Origin: a virus
Direction: 5' to 3' (one strand)
Length of the DNA stretch: 64,000 nt
IMG/VR virus record: IMGVR_UViG_3300028800_001035
Location: 8,464-72,463 of that record
Shown here: positions 36,533 to 45,522 of the stretch, piece by piece
Position numbering within the stretch: position 1 is the first letter of the stretch
Layout: each line of letters starts with the position of its first letter
Program-made: the position numbers and the translations under genes
Notes under the pieces: model-generated
Seen by the model: the letters and a program-made list of their open reading frames with translations, nothing else
Databases searched by the model: none
Told to the model about the DNA's origin: nothing

Positions 36533-38196
36533 TTATTTCAGTACCCGTAGAAATTCCAAAACGGCGTCCGCCGTTCTAGTCGCTATAACCATCTGCTGCG
36601 GATCGCCATCTGGGTGATTTTTCGTCGGCAAAAATCGCCTATCCTGCGCTAACATAACAATCTCACCACAGATCGGAGTCAGGTTTATTCGTTTCCGAAA
36701 ACACCGCATAAGGTCCCTCAATCGTAAGTTCGGAAAGCGGCGTGGAGCGCAATTAGCGCAACCACCGCAATTGCAACCCATTGCCATTGATCTGTAGTCA
36801 TAACGTCGTTCCCTTCTAAATCTTAGTCAGGCCATTGGGATAAGCCTTGAACCATTCTCGGTCATACGAGCCCCGGTAACCGTCGAATTGCACATCGACC
36901 GTATCTCCGACACGATCAACGACGCCCTCCTTGCCATTCATGTGTCGCACCCTATCGCCGTCAGCGAACTGAAATTCAAAAAACGCCTTGCCGCAGGTCG
37001 GACAATGTTTGACGATTTGATATGACATCGAACGTCCCTATTCTGTTGGTGGTGAAGAAGGCGGCGGGGGTGGGGGAACAGGATCGAACTGCTTTCCAGG
37101 GTCCGCCAGTAGCGCGAAAATCTCGCTCGCTGTCTTTCCTTGCGGGTAAACCATCTGGAAGTCGCCCTTTTCCAAATCTTGGAAATAGAGTCCGACCGTG
37201 AACCTAGCGCCTAAGTCATACGGAACGCGCGGCTGGTTATCAGCCGGATCGTCCGCAATGTATTCCCACCAATCTGGTCTCATAGCCGCCCCCTATTCTT
37301 CGTAATTGCCAGTGATAAGAGCAGTCAACGCTACGCAACCCATTCCGAGCGGCCCAATGAAGCCAAGGTAGAAAAGCCAATCGCTCATAACGTCCCCTTC
37401 CTGTTAGTGGTTGATCTGGCAATCAATGCGCCCGCAATCCGGACATTCATTCGTGTCCGCCGCCGTGATGCGCCTGCACGACGGGCAGAGAATGCGATGT
37501 TTGCTCTCGGCCATGAACGACCGCTCGCAGTTGGCACACCGGCATTCGTATTGCGGCGTTTCTGGTTCCATAGCCGTCCCCATTAAACTTTCTTGTTAAG
37601 GGCTTGCCTGCCCGCTTCGGTCACAACGTAGATGGTGTCCCGCCCGTTATTGATTGTGCGAGCGGCGCGCATGAACCCAAGCTGCACCAGGCTGTCGATG
37701 GTCGATTGATCGGCATGACAACCGGCAGTCTCGGCGCAGAAATAATTGCGGTAACTTTCCGTTGAGCGGTCTAGCCCCAACGAGTGCCGTATAATGTCTT
37801 TCTCAGGTTCGCGCAGCACGCCCATCCTTGGTCCCTATTCCGCTGAGGTTGAAGTGTCCGGCACCGGGTCGCGGTAACCGTTTGCGAGTAAATTGCGGCG
37901 GCGCTCCGCTTCTTGCTTCGGGTCAAAGTCTATGGTGATGACTTTGGTCCCAACTCTTGCGGGAGGAATGCTCTGATCGGTGCGAATTTTCATAACGTCG
38001 CCTCCCCTGCTGCTTCGAGTGCTTTGCGGATGCGATATTGCGTCTCCGCGAAATTCGACTTGAACCATTCTATGGTCGGCCCTTCCGGCGCGTGGTGTGT
38101 CAGCGCCCCGGCAATGACGTAGCGCAGGGTCATCACCTTCTGCCGCAGACGCGTATTCTCGTTCAACACTTCTGCCAGGGCATCGTGTGCGTCCAT
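36533..38196 (-). other. lower-GC island of nine mini-genes (36533-36709, 36718-36801, 36816-37028, 37038-37283, 37293-37388, 37404-37571, 37583-37825, 37835-37993, 37990-38196)
   Basis: Visible drop in GC; each ATG preceded by a GGGAC/GGGGC-type RBS. Confidence 0.65.
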
Positions 38197-38210
38197 CGTC
38201 GGTCCCCTTT

Positions 38211-38498
38211 CTACAAACAACCGAACAACGCGCGAAGCGTCGGAGCTTCCTTGATCGCGCGCGTTAGGCCTACGATTCCTTCAATCAATCCCGGCGGAAG
38301 TCCGACAACGCGGACTTCGCCGATCGTCCTCGACTCCGCCGTCGCGCCGACGAAGAGCGTCCCGCGACCGCGAAGGCAGGCGATCGCCGCGCGAAGCGTC
38401 TCCGCGCCGCGCCCTTCGAGGAACGAAGTCTTCTCGGGTACGCCGAGGACGCGGAGCGCGATCTCCGCCTCGCGGCTCCGGGAATAGCCGACGATCAC
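38211..38498 (-). CDS. hypothetical protein
   Basis: GTG start with overlap. Confidence 0.45.
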   Translation of the reverse strand: MIVGYSRSREAEIALRVLGVPEKTSFLEGRGAETLRAAIACLRGRGTLFVGATAESRTIGEVRVVGLPPGLIEGIVGLTRAIKEAPTLRALFGCL

Positions 38499-38749
38499 CT
38501 TTGCCTCCTGATCTTGCCTTCAACCTTGCGCTCCCGCGCCGCCGCCTGCTTGTTGATCTCGGCGGTCGCCTCCCCGGCGATCCCGCCGAAGATAGCGCCC
38601 GCAACGAAGAGCGCAAACATCCGCTCCTTCTCGAGCTTTAGTATAAAATCCTTCGGACCAATCTCAGACGAGGTATATCCCGGCATCTCCGCCGCAAGGT
38701 AGTCCTCGAAGGCGTTCTCGAGCGATTCCTTGGAAACAGAATATGTCAC
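38495..38749 (-). CDS. hypothetical protein
   Basis: GTG start overlapping the polymerase stop. Confidence 0.55.
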   Translation of the reverse strand: MTYSVSKESLENAFEDYLAAEMPGYTSSEIGPKDFILKLEKERMFALFVAGAIFGGIAGEATAEINKQAAARERKVEGKIRRQR

Positions 38750-40713
38750 AGCGCCTCTCCCCACGTCCGCCCCGTCTTCGCCTCGACGAGGACCGGGACC
38801 TTGAGCTTGATCGCGTTCGGCATCACGTCCTCGTGAAGCTCGCGCCAAGCCTCGCGGCCCCGCGCCGTCCTCGGGATCGAGGAGTTGAGTTCGTCGTAGA
38901 TCGTAAGTAGGTACGGCCCCAAGGCGTCCGATGCGGTCAATCCGCGATCGACGCCGTCGACCATCGCCTTCTTGATTATATCCGCGTTCGACGATTGCAT
39001 CTTCTTGTTGAGCGCCGTGTAGGTGTGATAGCGGACGATGTTCGGCCCGTATTCCTTCTCGGCCTCGGCCCGGCGGAGCGGCGTCGCGGGATTGTCCCAG
39101 TTCTTCTTCGCGGGCTCCCAGAGCAGGAACCGCTGGCGTCGCCGGAGGATCGAGCGGACGAAGCCGTGCTTCTCCGCGTACTTCTGCGCCGCGTCGAACG
39201 TATCCTTGTTGAACGGTAGCTTCGCGTCGTAGAGGTCGATGAAGGCCTGCGCCTCTTGCTTCGAGATGCCTAGCATCTCGCCGATCTTGTTCGCGCGGGC
39301 CCCATAGGTCTTGCCGAAGTTTAGGTTCTTGACATATTTCCGCCGCTTCTTGTCCTCCGGCGGGATGCCAGCCATCTCGGCGCACATCTTGTGGTAGTCG
39401 GTCCTCGGGTCCTCGTTGTAGGTCCGCCGGACGGATTCCGCGCTCGGCCCGACCGCGAAGTGCGCGAGGAGCCGATACTCGATCTGCGAAAAGTCCGCCG
39501 AACCCCAATCCTCGCCGTCCTCCGGAAGGAAAAGCCCCCTGATCAGGGGGGCGACGTCGCGGAGATCTTCGTCGGCGCGGTCGTCGTCGCGGCTCGGGAT
39601 GTTGGCGAGGTTCGGGTTCGCGCTCGCCGTCCGCGCGATCGTACCGCCGCCGTCGTCCTTGAGTTGCTTCCACTCGCAATGTATCCGGCCCTTGACGTTC
39701 GAGCCGATGATCGTCCCGTCCATAAAGGTCGAGAGGAGGGTTTGAACCTTCCTCCCGTTGTAGATCGCGGAGCAGAGCGGGTCGCCGAGGCGGGCGGTTA
39801 GCCAACCCTTCGTAATCGAATCTTTCCCGGACTTCGGCGTCTTCGGGATTTGGTGCCCGTTCGCGCGAAGCGCGTCGGTGAAGCTCTCCGGGATTGAGAG
39901 CTCGGCCTTCGGGCTCGAGAGCCGCCGAACCTCGGCGAGGAGGCGGTCGCGGACGCGGACGAGGCCCTCGCGGGTCCGGATCGCGCCCGCGACGTCGACG
40001 CGAACGCCGCGCCGCGTCATATCGACCAAGGGGCGGACGAGGCGGCGCTCGATCTCCCAGACCGGGAGGAGCTCCTCGGCGGCGAGCTTCTCGCGCTGGA
40101 GCTTGATGATCCGGAGCGGGCGGTCGACGTCGGCGAGCGCATAGGGCCCGGCGTGCGAGGAGTGGAGCTTCCAGACGTTCGACTTGATCTGCGAATCCGT
40201 CTTCCAGCCGCGCGCGTTGGCGGCCTTGCGGAGAAGCTCCTCGTCCTTGCCTTGCCCGAGGTAGTCGCGGGCGAGCGCGTCGAGGTTGAACTCGTAGCGC
40301 CATTCGTCGAGCAACGGCTCCGCGATTTGAACGTCGTCGAACGCCTCGACGAGCGGGAACGTCACGCCGTTCTCCGCGAGCCAGTCGAGGTCGTAGGCGA
40401 GCTTCGCGCCGACGACGGTCCCCCGGAAGGCGTTAAGCTCCTCGCGGGCCCAAGCCCAGACGATCCGCTCGTCGAGGTTGCCGCCGCCTTCGTGGCGAAC
40501 GGGAAAGTACCAGCGGCGACCGTCTTCGGTCCCGACCGCGAGGCCGACGACGTAGTTGCCGGGGCGTCGGACGCCGGGGCCGAGCTCGGCGATTTGCGTA
40601 TCCTTGGTCTCGACGTCGACGGCGAGATCGCCGAAGCGCGGCAAGCTCGGAAGCTCAGCGGGCGGATGCCAGGCCGGGACGTCCTCGAGCTCGACGGCGG
40701 AGAGGAGGTTCAA
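38746..40713 (-). CDS. polA: family A DNA polymerase with 3'-5' exonuclease domain
   Basis: Exo DVET and YALAD; NPNLANIP; motif A DFSQIEYR; motif B KNLNFGKTYG; motif C TIYDE. Confidence 0.95.
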   Translation of the reverse strand: MNLLSAVELEDVPAWHPPAELPSLPRFGDLAVDVETKDTQIAELGPGVRRPGNYVVGLAVGTEDGRRWYFPVRHEGGGNLDERIVWAWAREELNAFRGTVVGAKLAYDLDWLAENGVTFPLVEAFDDVQIAEPLLDEWRYEFNLDALARDYLGQGKDEELLRKAANARGWKTDSQIKSNVWKLHSSHAGPYALADVDRPLRIIKLQREKLAAEELLPVWEIERRLVRPLVDMTRRGVRVDVAGAIRTREGLVRVRDRLLAEVRRLSSPKAELSIPESFTDALRANGHQIPKTPKSGKDSITKGWLTARLGDPLCSAIYNGRKVQTLLSTFMDGTIIGSNVKGRIHCEWKQLKDDGGGTIARTASANPNLANIPSRDDDRADEDLRDVAPLIRGLFLPEDGEDWGSADFSQIEYRLLAHFAVGPSAESVRRTYNEDPRTDYHKMCAEMAGIPPEDKKRRKYVKNLNFGKTYGARANKIGEMLGISKQEAQAFIDLYDAKLPFNKDTFDAAQKYAEKHGFVRSILRRRQRFLLWEPAKKNWDNPATPLRRAEAEKEYGPNIVRYHTYTALNKKMQSSNADIIKKAMVDGVDRGLTASDALGPYLLTIYDELNSSIPRTARGREAWRELHEDVMPNAIKLKVPVLVEAKTGRTWGEAL

Positions 40714-41459
40714 GCCGCGCCCTTCTCAATCAGCCATCCGGCGAAGTCGCCATAGCGGAACCACTCGACCGGATTGCCGGGTAGGTCTTCCGGGTCAAGC
40801 GGGCGCTGGACGCCCGCGAGCGAGAGCTCTTTGTCGATGATTTCCTTCGGCGAGACGCCCGTCGACAGCTTGCCCGCAAGGGTTAGGCGATTGAGGACCT
40901 GGCTCGCGTAGCCCGAAGCGAGCGCGGTCCGGTCGACGACGACGAGGGCACCGCCGGGAGCGAGGTTGCACCAAAGATCGTGAAGCAACTTCCGCCGCTT
41001 CTTGGGCGGAACGAACATCACGAAGAGGAAGGCGACGATCAGGTCGTTCTTGTCCTTGTCGGCCCACGGGACGTTTGTCGCGTCCTCGTTCCAGACGTTG
41101 ACGTATGGATGAAACGACACGAAGTCCCTCGAGCCTCGCCGCTTGATTGCTTCGATCATCGCCTCCGACTTCTCGACGCCGTATATTCGGGCGGACCGCG
41201 CCTTGAGGACCGACTGCAGGGCGTAGGCGACGTTGCCGGTCGACGCGCCGAGGTCGATGACGCCTCCGCCTTCCGAGACGTAGTGCCGCGCGATATGGAC
41301 GAGCCCCTTCGTAACGAAGTCGTACCACGGGAGCTGGCTCCGGACGTGCGCGTCGAAGTTCTCCGCGACGTCGGCGGTCTCGAACGACCACGCGCCCTCG
41401 GCGGGTCGCTCGGAGAGGCCGTCGCCGGAGAGCTTCTTGATCTTGGCCTTCTTGGTCAT
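40710..41459 (-). CDS. cmoA: CmoA-like carboxy-SAM synthase homolog
   Basis: WSF...VAENFD.HV..QLPWY, IDLGASTG, SEAM, MFVPP..R..LL..L...LAPGGALV, WFRYGDF match the CmoA pattern end to end. Confidence 0.8.
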   Translation of the reverse strand: MTKKAKIKKLSGDGLSERPAEGAWSFETADVAENFDAHVRSQLPWYDFVTKGLVHIARHYVSEGGGVIDLGASTGNVAYALQSVLKARSARIYGVEKSEAMIEAIKRRGSRDFVSFHPYVNVWNEDATNVPWADKDKNDLIVAFLFVMFVPPKKRRKLLHDLWCNLAPGGALVVVDRTALASGYASQVLNRLTLAGKLSTGVSPKEIIDKELSLAGVQRPLDPEDLPGNPVEWFRYGDFAGWLIEKGAA

Positions 41460-42553
41460 CTCTTCCTCGCCTCTCTCAAATCGCGGTACGGGATCAGGAC
41501 CTTGTCGCGAACCGCCGAAGCGACGGCGGCCATCATAACCGGCGGGACGGCGCGGCCCATCCGCTCCCATTTCTGCTGATAGGTCCCCGTCAACTTAAAG
41601 TCATCGGGGAAGGAGCAAAGCCGCCGGACCTCGGCGATCGAGAACTTCCGCTTCTCGGTCGGATGGCATACCCCGGCGATAGATTCTCCGCCGTGGCTCG
41701 CGAGGATCGTCGGCGCGGGCTTCGACCGGCTCGCGCGGATCAAGGAGAAGAAGCGGTCGGACTGCTGCCCCTCCGCGCACTTGTCCCACTCCGCGCCGAT
41801 CGCGTAGCGCGAGATGTCGATCCCGTCCATAACCCCGGGATGCTCCTCGGTCGCGCCGTCGGTCATCCACGGGCAGGCGTCGCCGACGTTGTAGCGATAG
41901 TCGAGCGGCTCCGGGTAGGCCGGATCGAGCCCGAGGTCCTCGCGGACGCCGACGAAGATAATCCGCATACGTTGCTGCGGGACGCCGAGCCATTGCGCGT
42001 CCAAGACGCGCGCCCCGACGCGGTAGCCGAGCGAGCGTAGGAGCTCGAGGACGTCGTTGAAGTACCCGACCGCAACCCCCCTGACCAATCCCGCGACGTT
42101 CTCGGCGACGAAGGTCTTCGGCTTGATCCCATCGACGAGCCGGGCGAACTCGAAGAAGAGGTCGTCGGTCCGCTGCTTGGAGTCGGAATATTTCCGGACG
42201 ACGCCCCAACCCTCCGACCGCTTCCCGGCGGTCGAGAAGGAGGCGCAGGGGGGACTGCCGTCGAAGAGGTCGAGGCCGCCGGGCTTGACGCCGCACGCGG
42301 TCAAGACGTCGGCGGCTTGGACGGTTCGTATGTCCCGCCCGTCGACGACGGTATAGGGGCGCGCGTTCGCCTCGTAGGTCGCCCGCGCCTCCGGGATGAA
42401 CTCGTTCGCGTAGCCGAGCTTGAAGCCCGCCATCCGGTAGCCGAGGCTCGAGCCCCCGCAACCGGAAAACGTACTCGCGGCGACGAAGCCGTTCGGCTCG
42501 AGCGCGTCGATCTCCGCCATCAGCGGGACGCGGTAGGGAGGCTTCTCGGTCAT
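41456..42553 (-). CDS. C5-cytosine DNA methyltransferase family enzyme, candidate carboxymethyltransferase
   Basis: Motif I FSGCGG, IV GSPPC, VI ENV, VIII QQRMR, IX RLCSFPDDF, X ERMGRAVPP (R in place of the usual N). Confidence 0.9.
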   Translation of the reverse strand: MTEKPPYRVPLMAEIDALEPNGFVAASTFSGCGGSSLGYRMAGFKLGYANEFIPEARATYEANARPYTVVDGRDIRTVQAADVLTACGVKPGGLDLFDGSPPCASFSTAGKRSEGWGVVRKYSDSKQRTDDLFFEFARLVDGIKPKTFVAENVAGLVRGVAVGYFNDVLELLRSLGYRVGARVLDAQWLGVPQQRMRIIFVGVREDLGLDPAYPEPLDYRYNVGDACPWMTDGATEEHPGVMDGIDISRYAIGAEWDKCAEGQQSDRFFSLIRASRSKPAPTILASHGGESIAGVCHPTEKRKFSIAEVRRLCSFPDDFKLTGTYQQKWERMGRAVPPVMMAAVASAVRDKVLIPYRDLREARKR

Positions 42554-42786
42554 TCTTCGGAGACCTTCGTGTCGTCGGCGTTGGGCTTGGGATTGCCGCG
42601 CCAGCCGTAGCCACATTTTGCACAGCAGAACTCGACCTCGATCCCGGCGGAGAAGTCCGGCCACGCCTCGGGCGGGACGGCGCTCTCGGGATCGTAGCCC
42701 GCGAGGTCGGAGACCTCCTTGACGTCGAACAAGGCGGAAGCGCCGATGCCGACGGGGCCGAGGGAGGAGGAGCGGAGTTTTGCCAT
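42550..42786 (-). CDS. small CxxC (zinc-ribbon-like) protein in the modification operon
   Basis: CAKCGYGW; overlaps both neighbours. Confidence 0.65.
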   Translation of the reverse strand: MAKLRSSSLGPVGIGASALFDVKEVSDLAGYDPESAVPPEAWPDFSAGIEVEFCCAKCGYGWRGNPKPNADDTKVSEE

Positions 42787-43589
42787 CAGTCTAATACTCC
42801 GGCGGCGATCTTGTTATAGGCGGCGATCGGCGACTTCGCGCCGGGGGCGTACTTCCGGAGGACGGCGTTGCCGACCGTCTCCGCTATCTTGGAATCGCCG
42901 AGCTGAAGGTTCGTATGCCGCGCGATCGAGAGGGGATCGAGCTCGGGGAACTCTTTCCGAATCGCCTCCTTCTGGCGCGGCTTGTTGAGATCGTCCCAGG
43001 TCGAGCGGGCGAAGAGGTCGAAGACATCATTGCTGAAATACGGCGAAAAGATCGAGACGTTGTTCGCGATCCCGATCGCGCGGAGCGTAGAAACTTGCGC
43101 CGCGTCCGGGTTCGCGAAGTAGTCCGCCCGGAATTTCTGAAACTTCGCTCTCGGATAGCGGTGATGGATCATCGCCTTCTTCGAGAGCGCAAAATGCCCG
43201 TCCGCCGCCGAGCCGACGACGAGCGTCGAAAGCCCGGCGCGCTTCAAGGTCGCAATCGTCGCGAGGAAGGGCCAGAGGCACTCGATCGCGGTCTTCCGCC
43301 GGGCCTCCCAGGTCTCGATAAGATAGCGGACGTCGGCGACGATCGTCTCCTCGGAAGTCGGTAGCGCGACCGGAAGGAACGGAAGGCCGAAGGCCTCCGC
43401 CAAGTGCCTAGCGGCTTTGAAGTCGCTCGACTCGTACCGTTCGAGGGAAAAGGAAACAACCGTAACGGTCTTCCCCGCGTCGATCGCGGCAAGGACGAGG
43501 GCCGAGGAGTCGATTCCGCCGGAAGTCGCGACGGCGATCTTCGCGTCCGGGATAGCCTTGATTTTGTCGGCGAGGATTTGGCGGAGCAT
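42786..43589 (-). CDS. asparagine-synthetase-like ATP-dependent amide ligase (no glutaminase domain)
   Basis: PP-loop ATSGGIDSS, GSAADGHF, SPYF, KEAIR; 267 aa. Confidence 0.8.
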   Translation of the reverse strand: MLRQILADKIKAIPDAKIAVATSGGIDSSALVLAAIDAGKTVTVVSFSLERYESSDFKAARHLAEAFGLPFLPVALPTSEETIVADVRYLIETWEARRKTAIECLWPFLATIATLKRAGLSTLVVGSAADGHFALSKKAMIHHRYPRAKFQKFRADYFANPDAAQVSTLRAIGIANNVSIFSPYFSNDVFDLFARSTWDDLNKPRQKEAIRKEFPELDPLSIARHTNLQLGDSKIAETVGNAVLRKYAPGAKSPIAAYNKIAAGVLD

Positions 43590-44572
43590 CAACTCCTCCC
43601 CGTCACGAGACCGCGAACGACCGGGCCGACGAAGGCGCTCGGCGCGGGATAGGCGGAGAGGTCCCAGGCGGTCGCGTTGGCTACGACGAGGTCGGCGAGG
43701 GCGACGTGCCACTTGCTCGCGTCGCGCCCTTCGGGGACCGCGCTCTCGACCTCCTCCTCGACGGTAGCCGCGCCGTTGACGCCGACGATCTTGTCGGCAC
43801 GTATCGCAATCTCGCCGTCGGCGAACCCGGCGACGCGTATAAATGCCCCTCTCCACTCCTCCGTAATTTCCGGAGGAGTTGGCGAGGTAGCAACCTTCTC
43901 GGCGAGGCGGTCGATCGTCCCGGGGACCTTGCCGTCGACCAAGGACGACGCGAGCCAGGCTCCGTCCTCCCAGAAGAAGCTCGCGCGGTTCGCGGAGAGG
44001 GAGATTCGATTCGGCGGCGTCGCCGCGCCGAGGACGGCCATCAAGGCGCGCTTGGGGATCAGGGCGTCCGCGCCGAAGTCGGGGATCGATGCGTAGGCGT
44101 AGATCGCGGCCTGCGGCCCGCAGGCGCTCGCGCGCCCGTGCTGAATTATCAAGGCGTTCATCCACGCCGGTTGGGGGTCCTCGGAGACGAAGCCCGAGAG
44201 GACCTCGAAGCGCGAGAGCGTCGCCGCGTCGAGCGGGTGCGCGTCGGCGTCGCTCGGCGTCGCCGGGACGAAGGTCTCGACGAACTTCGCGAGACGGACT
44301 TCGCCCTTGAAGCGCCCGGCGCGGATTCGGAGGACATCGCCTTCGACGTCGAACTCGGGATCGGAGGGCATCCTCGAGAGGACGGCCTCGAACTCGGACC
44401 CGGCGACGATCGCGTCGCCGAGCCACGGGAAGGGGGCGGAGGCGGTCATCGCGCGCGAGTTCGCGGCGATCCGCCCCCCTGACAAAACGAGCCAGGAGAA
44501 CGGGCCCGAGTCCTCGCGGTCGAGGGCCGCCTTGACGCGCGCGATCGCCGCGAGGGCTCGGGAGAGTTCCAT
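43589..44572 (-). CDS. DNA sliding-clamp (beta-like) protein
   Basis: 327 aa with three-fold helix/strand repetition; replication context; no diagnostic motif. Confidence 0.5.
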   Translation of the reverse strand: MELSRALAAIARVKAALDREDSGPFSWLVLSGGRIAANSRAMTASAPFPWLGDAIVAGSEFEAVLSRMPSDPEFDVEGDVLRIRAGRFKGEVRLAKFVETFVPATPSDADAHPLDAATLSRFEVLSGFVSEDPQPAWMNALIIQHGRASACGPQAAIYAYASIPDFGADALIPKRALMAVLGAATPPNRISLSANRASFFWEDGAWLASSLVDGKVPGTIDRLAEKVATSPTPPEITEEWRGAFIRVAGFADGEIAIRADKIVGVNGAATVEEEVESAVPEGRDASKWHVALADLVVANATAWDLSAYPAPSAFVGPVVRGLVTGRS

Positions 44573-44575
44573 CGG

Positions 44576-45238
44576 CTATTCCTCAATCCCGAAGATAGAC
44601 TCGAGCGTCTTGCCCTTTGGGAGCGTGATCGAGACGACTTCCTTATCGTCGATCTCGAAGGTCCCGCCGACGAGCGCCGCGACCTTCTTGACGCGGAACT
44701 TCGCCCGCGACTTCTGATTGCGCCCGTTGTCGGCGAGGCGCATCAGCGGAACGAGCTGACCGAGAGTCTTGCTGCCCTCGACCCCGTACTTCAAGACGCG
44801 CCCGAGCGAGGAGTTCTCGCGTACGGCGAGAGCCGTCCCGTTCTTCTTCTTGGCGACCTTCGCCGCCTTCTTGCCCTTCTTTGCCATTTCATTCTCACCA
44901 TTTTGAGTTTCTGCCGCTGATGCTACCTTCGAGTTCGCGGCTTCGCTCTCGACGGGTTGATTCCGGAATTGAGATTCGAGGAGGCCGAAGACGCGTTCCG
45001 CGCCGATCGACCGGGTCTCGAACTTGTTGACGGGCTTCGCGCCGTCCGGCGCGAGCGCGTTGTGCATCGCGACGAGGCTCGGCCCCGACTTCGACGCGAG
45101 GTCGCCGACCTCGGAGACGACGGAGGTCGAACAATTCGCGAAGCGCGTCTCGATAGCGCGGTTCGCCGCCGCGACGTCGGCGAACGTAAAGACTTCCACG
45201 TCCTTTCGCGACAGCCCTAGTATTAGATAAGTCACCAT
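44576..45238 (-). CDS. hypothetical protein with Lys/Ala-rich linker
   Basis: Downstream of promoter copy 3. Confidence 0.6.
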   Translation of the reverse strand: MVTYLILGLSRKDVEVFTFADVAAANRAIETRFANCSTSVVSEVGDLASKSGPSLVAMHNALAPDGAKPVNKFETRSIGAERVFGLLESQFRNQPVESEAANSKVASAAETQNGENEMAKKGKKAAKVAKKKNGTALAVRENSSLGRVLKYGVEGSKTLGQLVPLMRLADNGRNQKSRAKFRVKKVAALVGGTFEIDDKEVVSITLPKGKTLESIFGIEE

Positions 45239-45286
45239 CTCTTTGCCCTTTCGTTCCCGTCCGCCGAATCGCGGCGCGGGTCGTCT

Positions 45287-45316
45287 ATCCTATGCGCGTC
45301 GCGGGGAAAAGTAAAG
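45287..45316 (-). promoter_or_regulatory. early promoter (TTTACT-N17-TAGGAT), copy 3
   Basis: CTTTACTTTTCCCC at 45303-45316 followed by TAGGAT. Confidence 0.75.
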
Positions 45317-45321
45317 CCCCG

Positions 45322-45522
45322 TCACGCTTTCGGGTCGAGCGGGTCGGTTAACTCAATCGTTACGGTCCGGACGCCCCGGGTCGCGGTCACATTGGCGAGC
45401 CGCGTCGCGAAGTCCGAGAGCTCAACGTGATCGACCATATCCTCTGGACGATACCCCCGGGCCTTGTACCGCGCGAACTCGTGAAGGATCGGGCGGGTCG
45501 TCTTCAAGGTGATCGTTTCCAT
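45322..45522 (-). CDS. hypothetical protein
   Basis: RBS aggag. Confidence 0.55.
   Translation of the reverse strand: METITLKTTRPILHEFARYKARGYRPEDMVDHVELSDFATRLANVTATRGVRTVTIELTDPLDPKA

Noticed and set aside
41456-42553. MTase as part of a restriction-modification system
   Set aside because: No adjacent endonuclease; the neighbours are cofactor and ligase-type enzymes.
37583-45362. Other TTAA pairs as CtrA boxes (near 37583 and 45348)
   Set aside because: Spacing is 8-9 nt or the second half-site is poor, so they do not fit TTAA-N7-TTAA.
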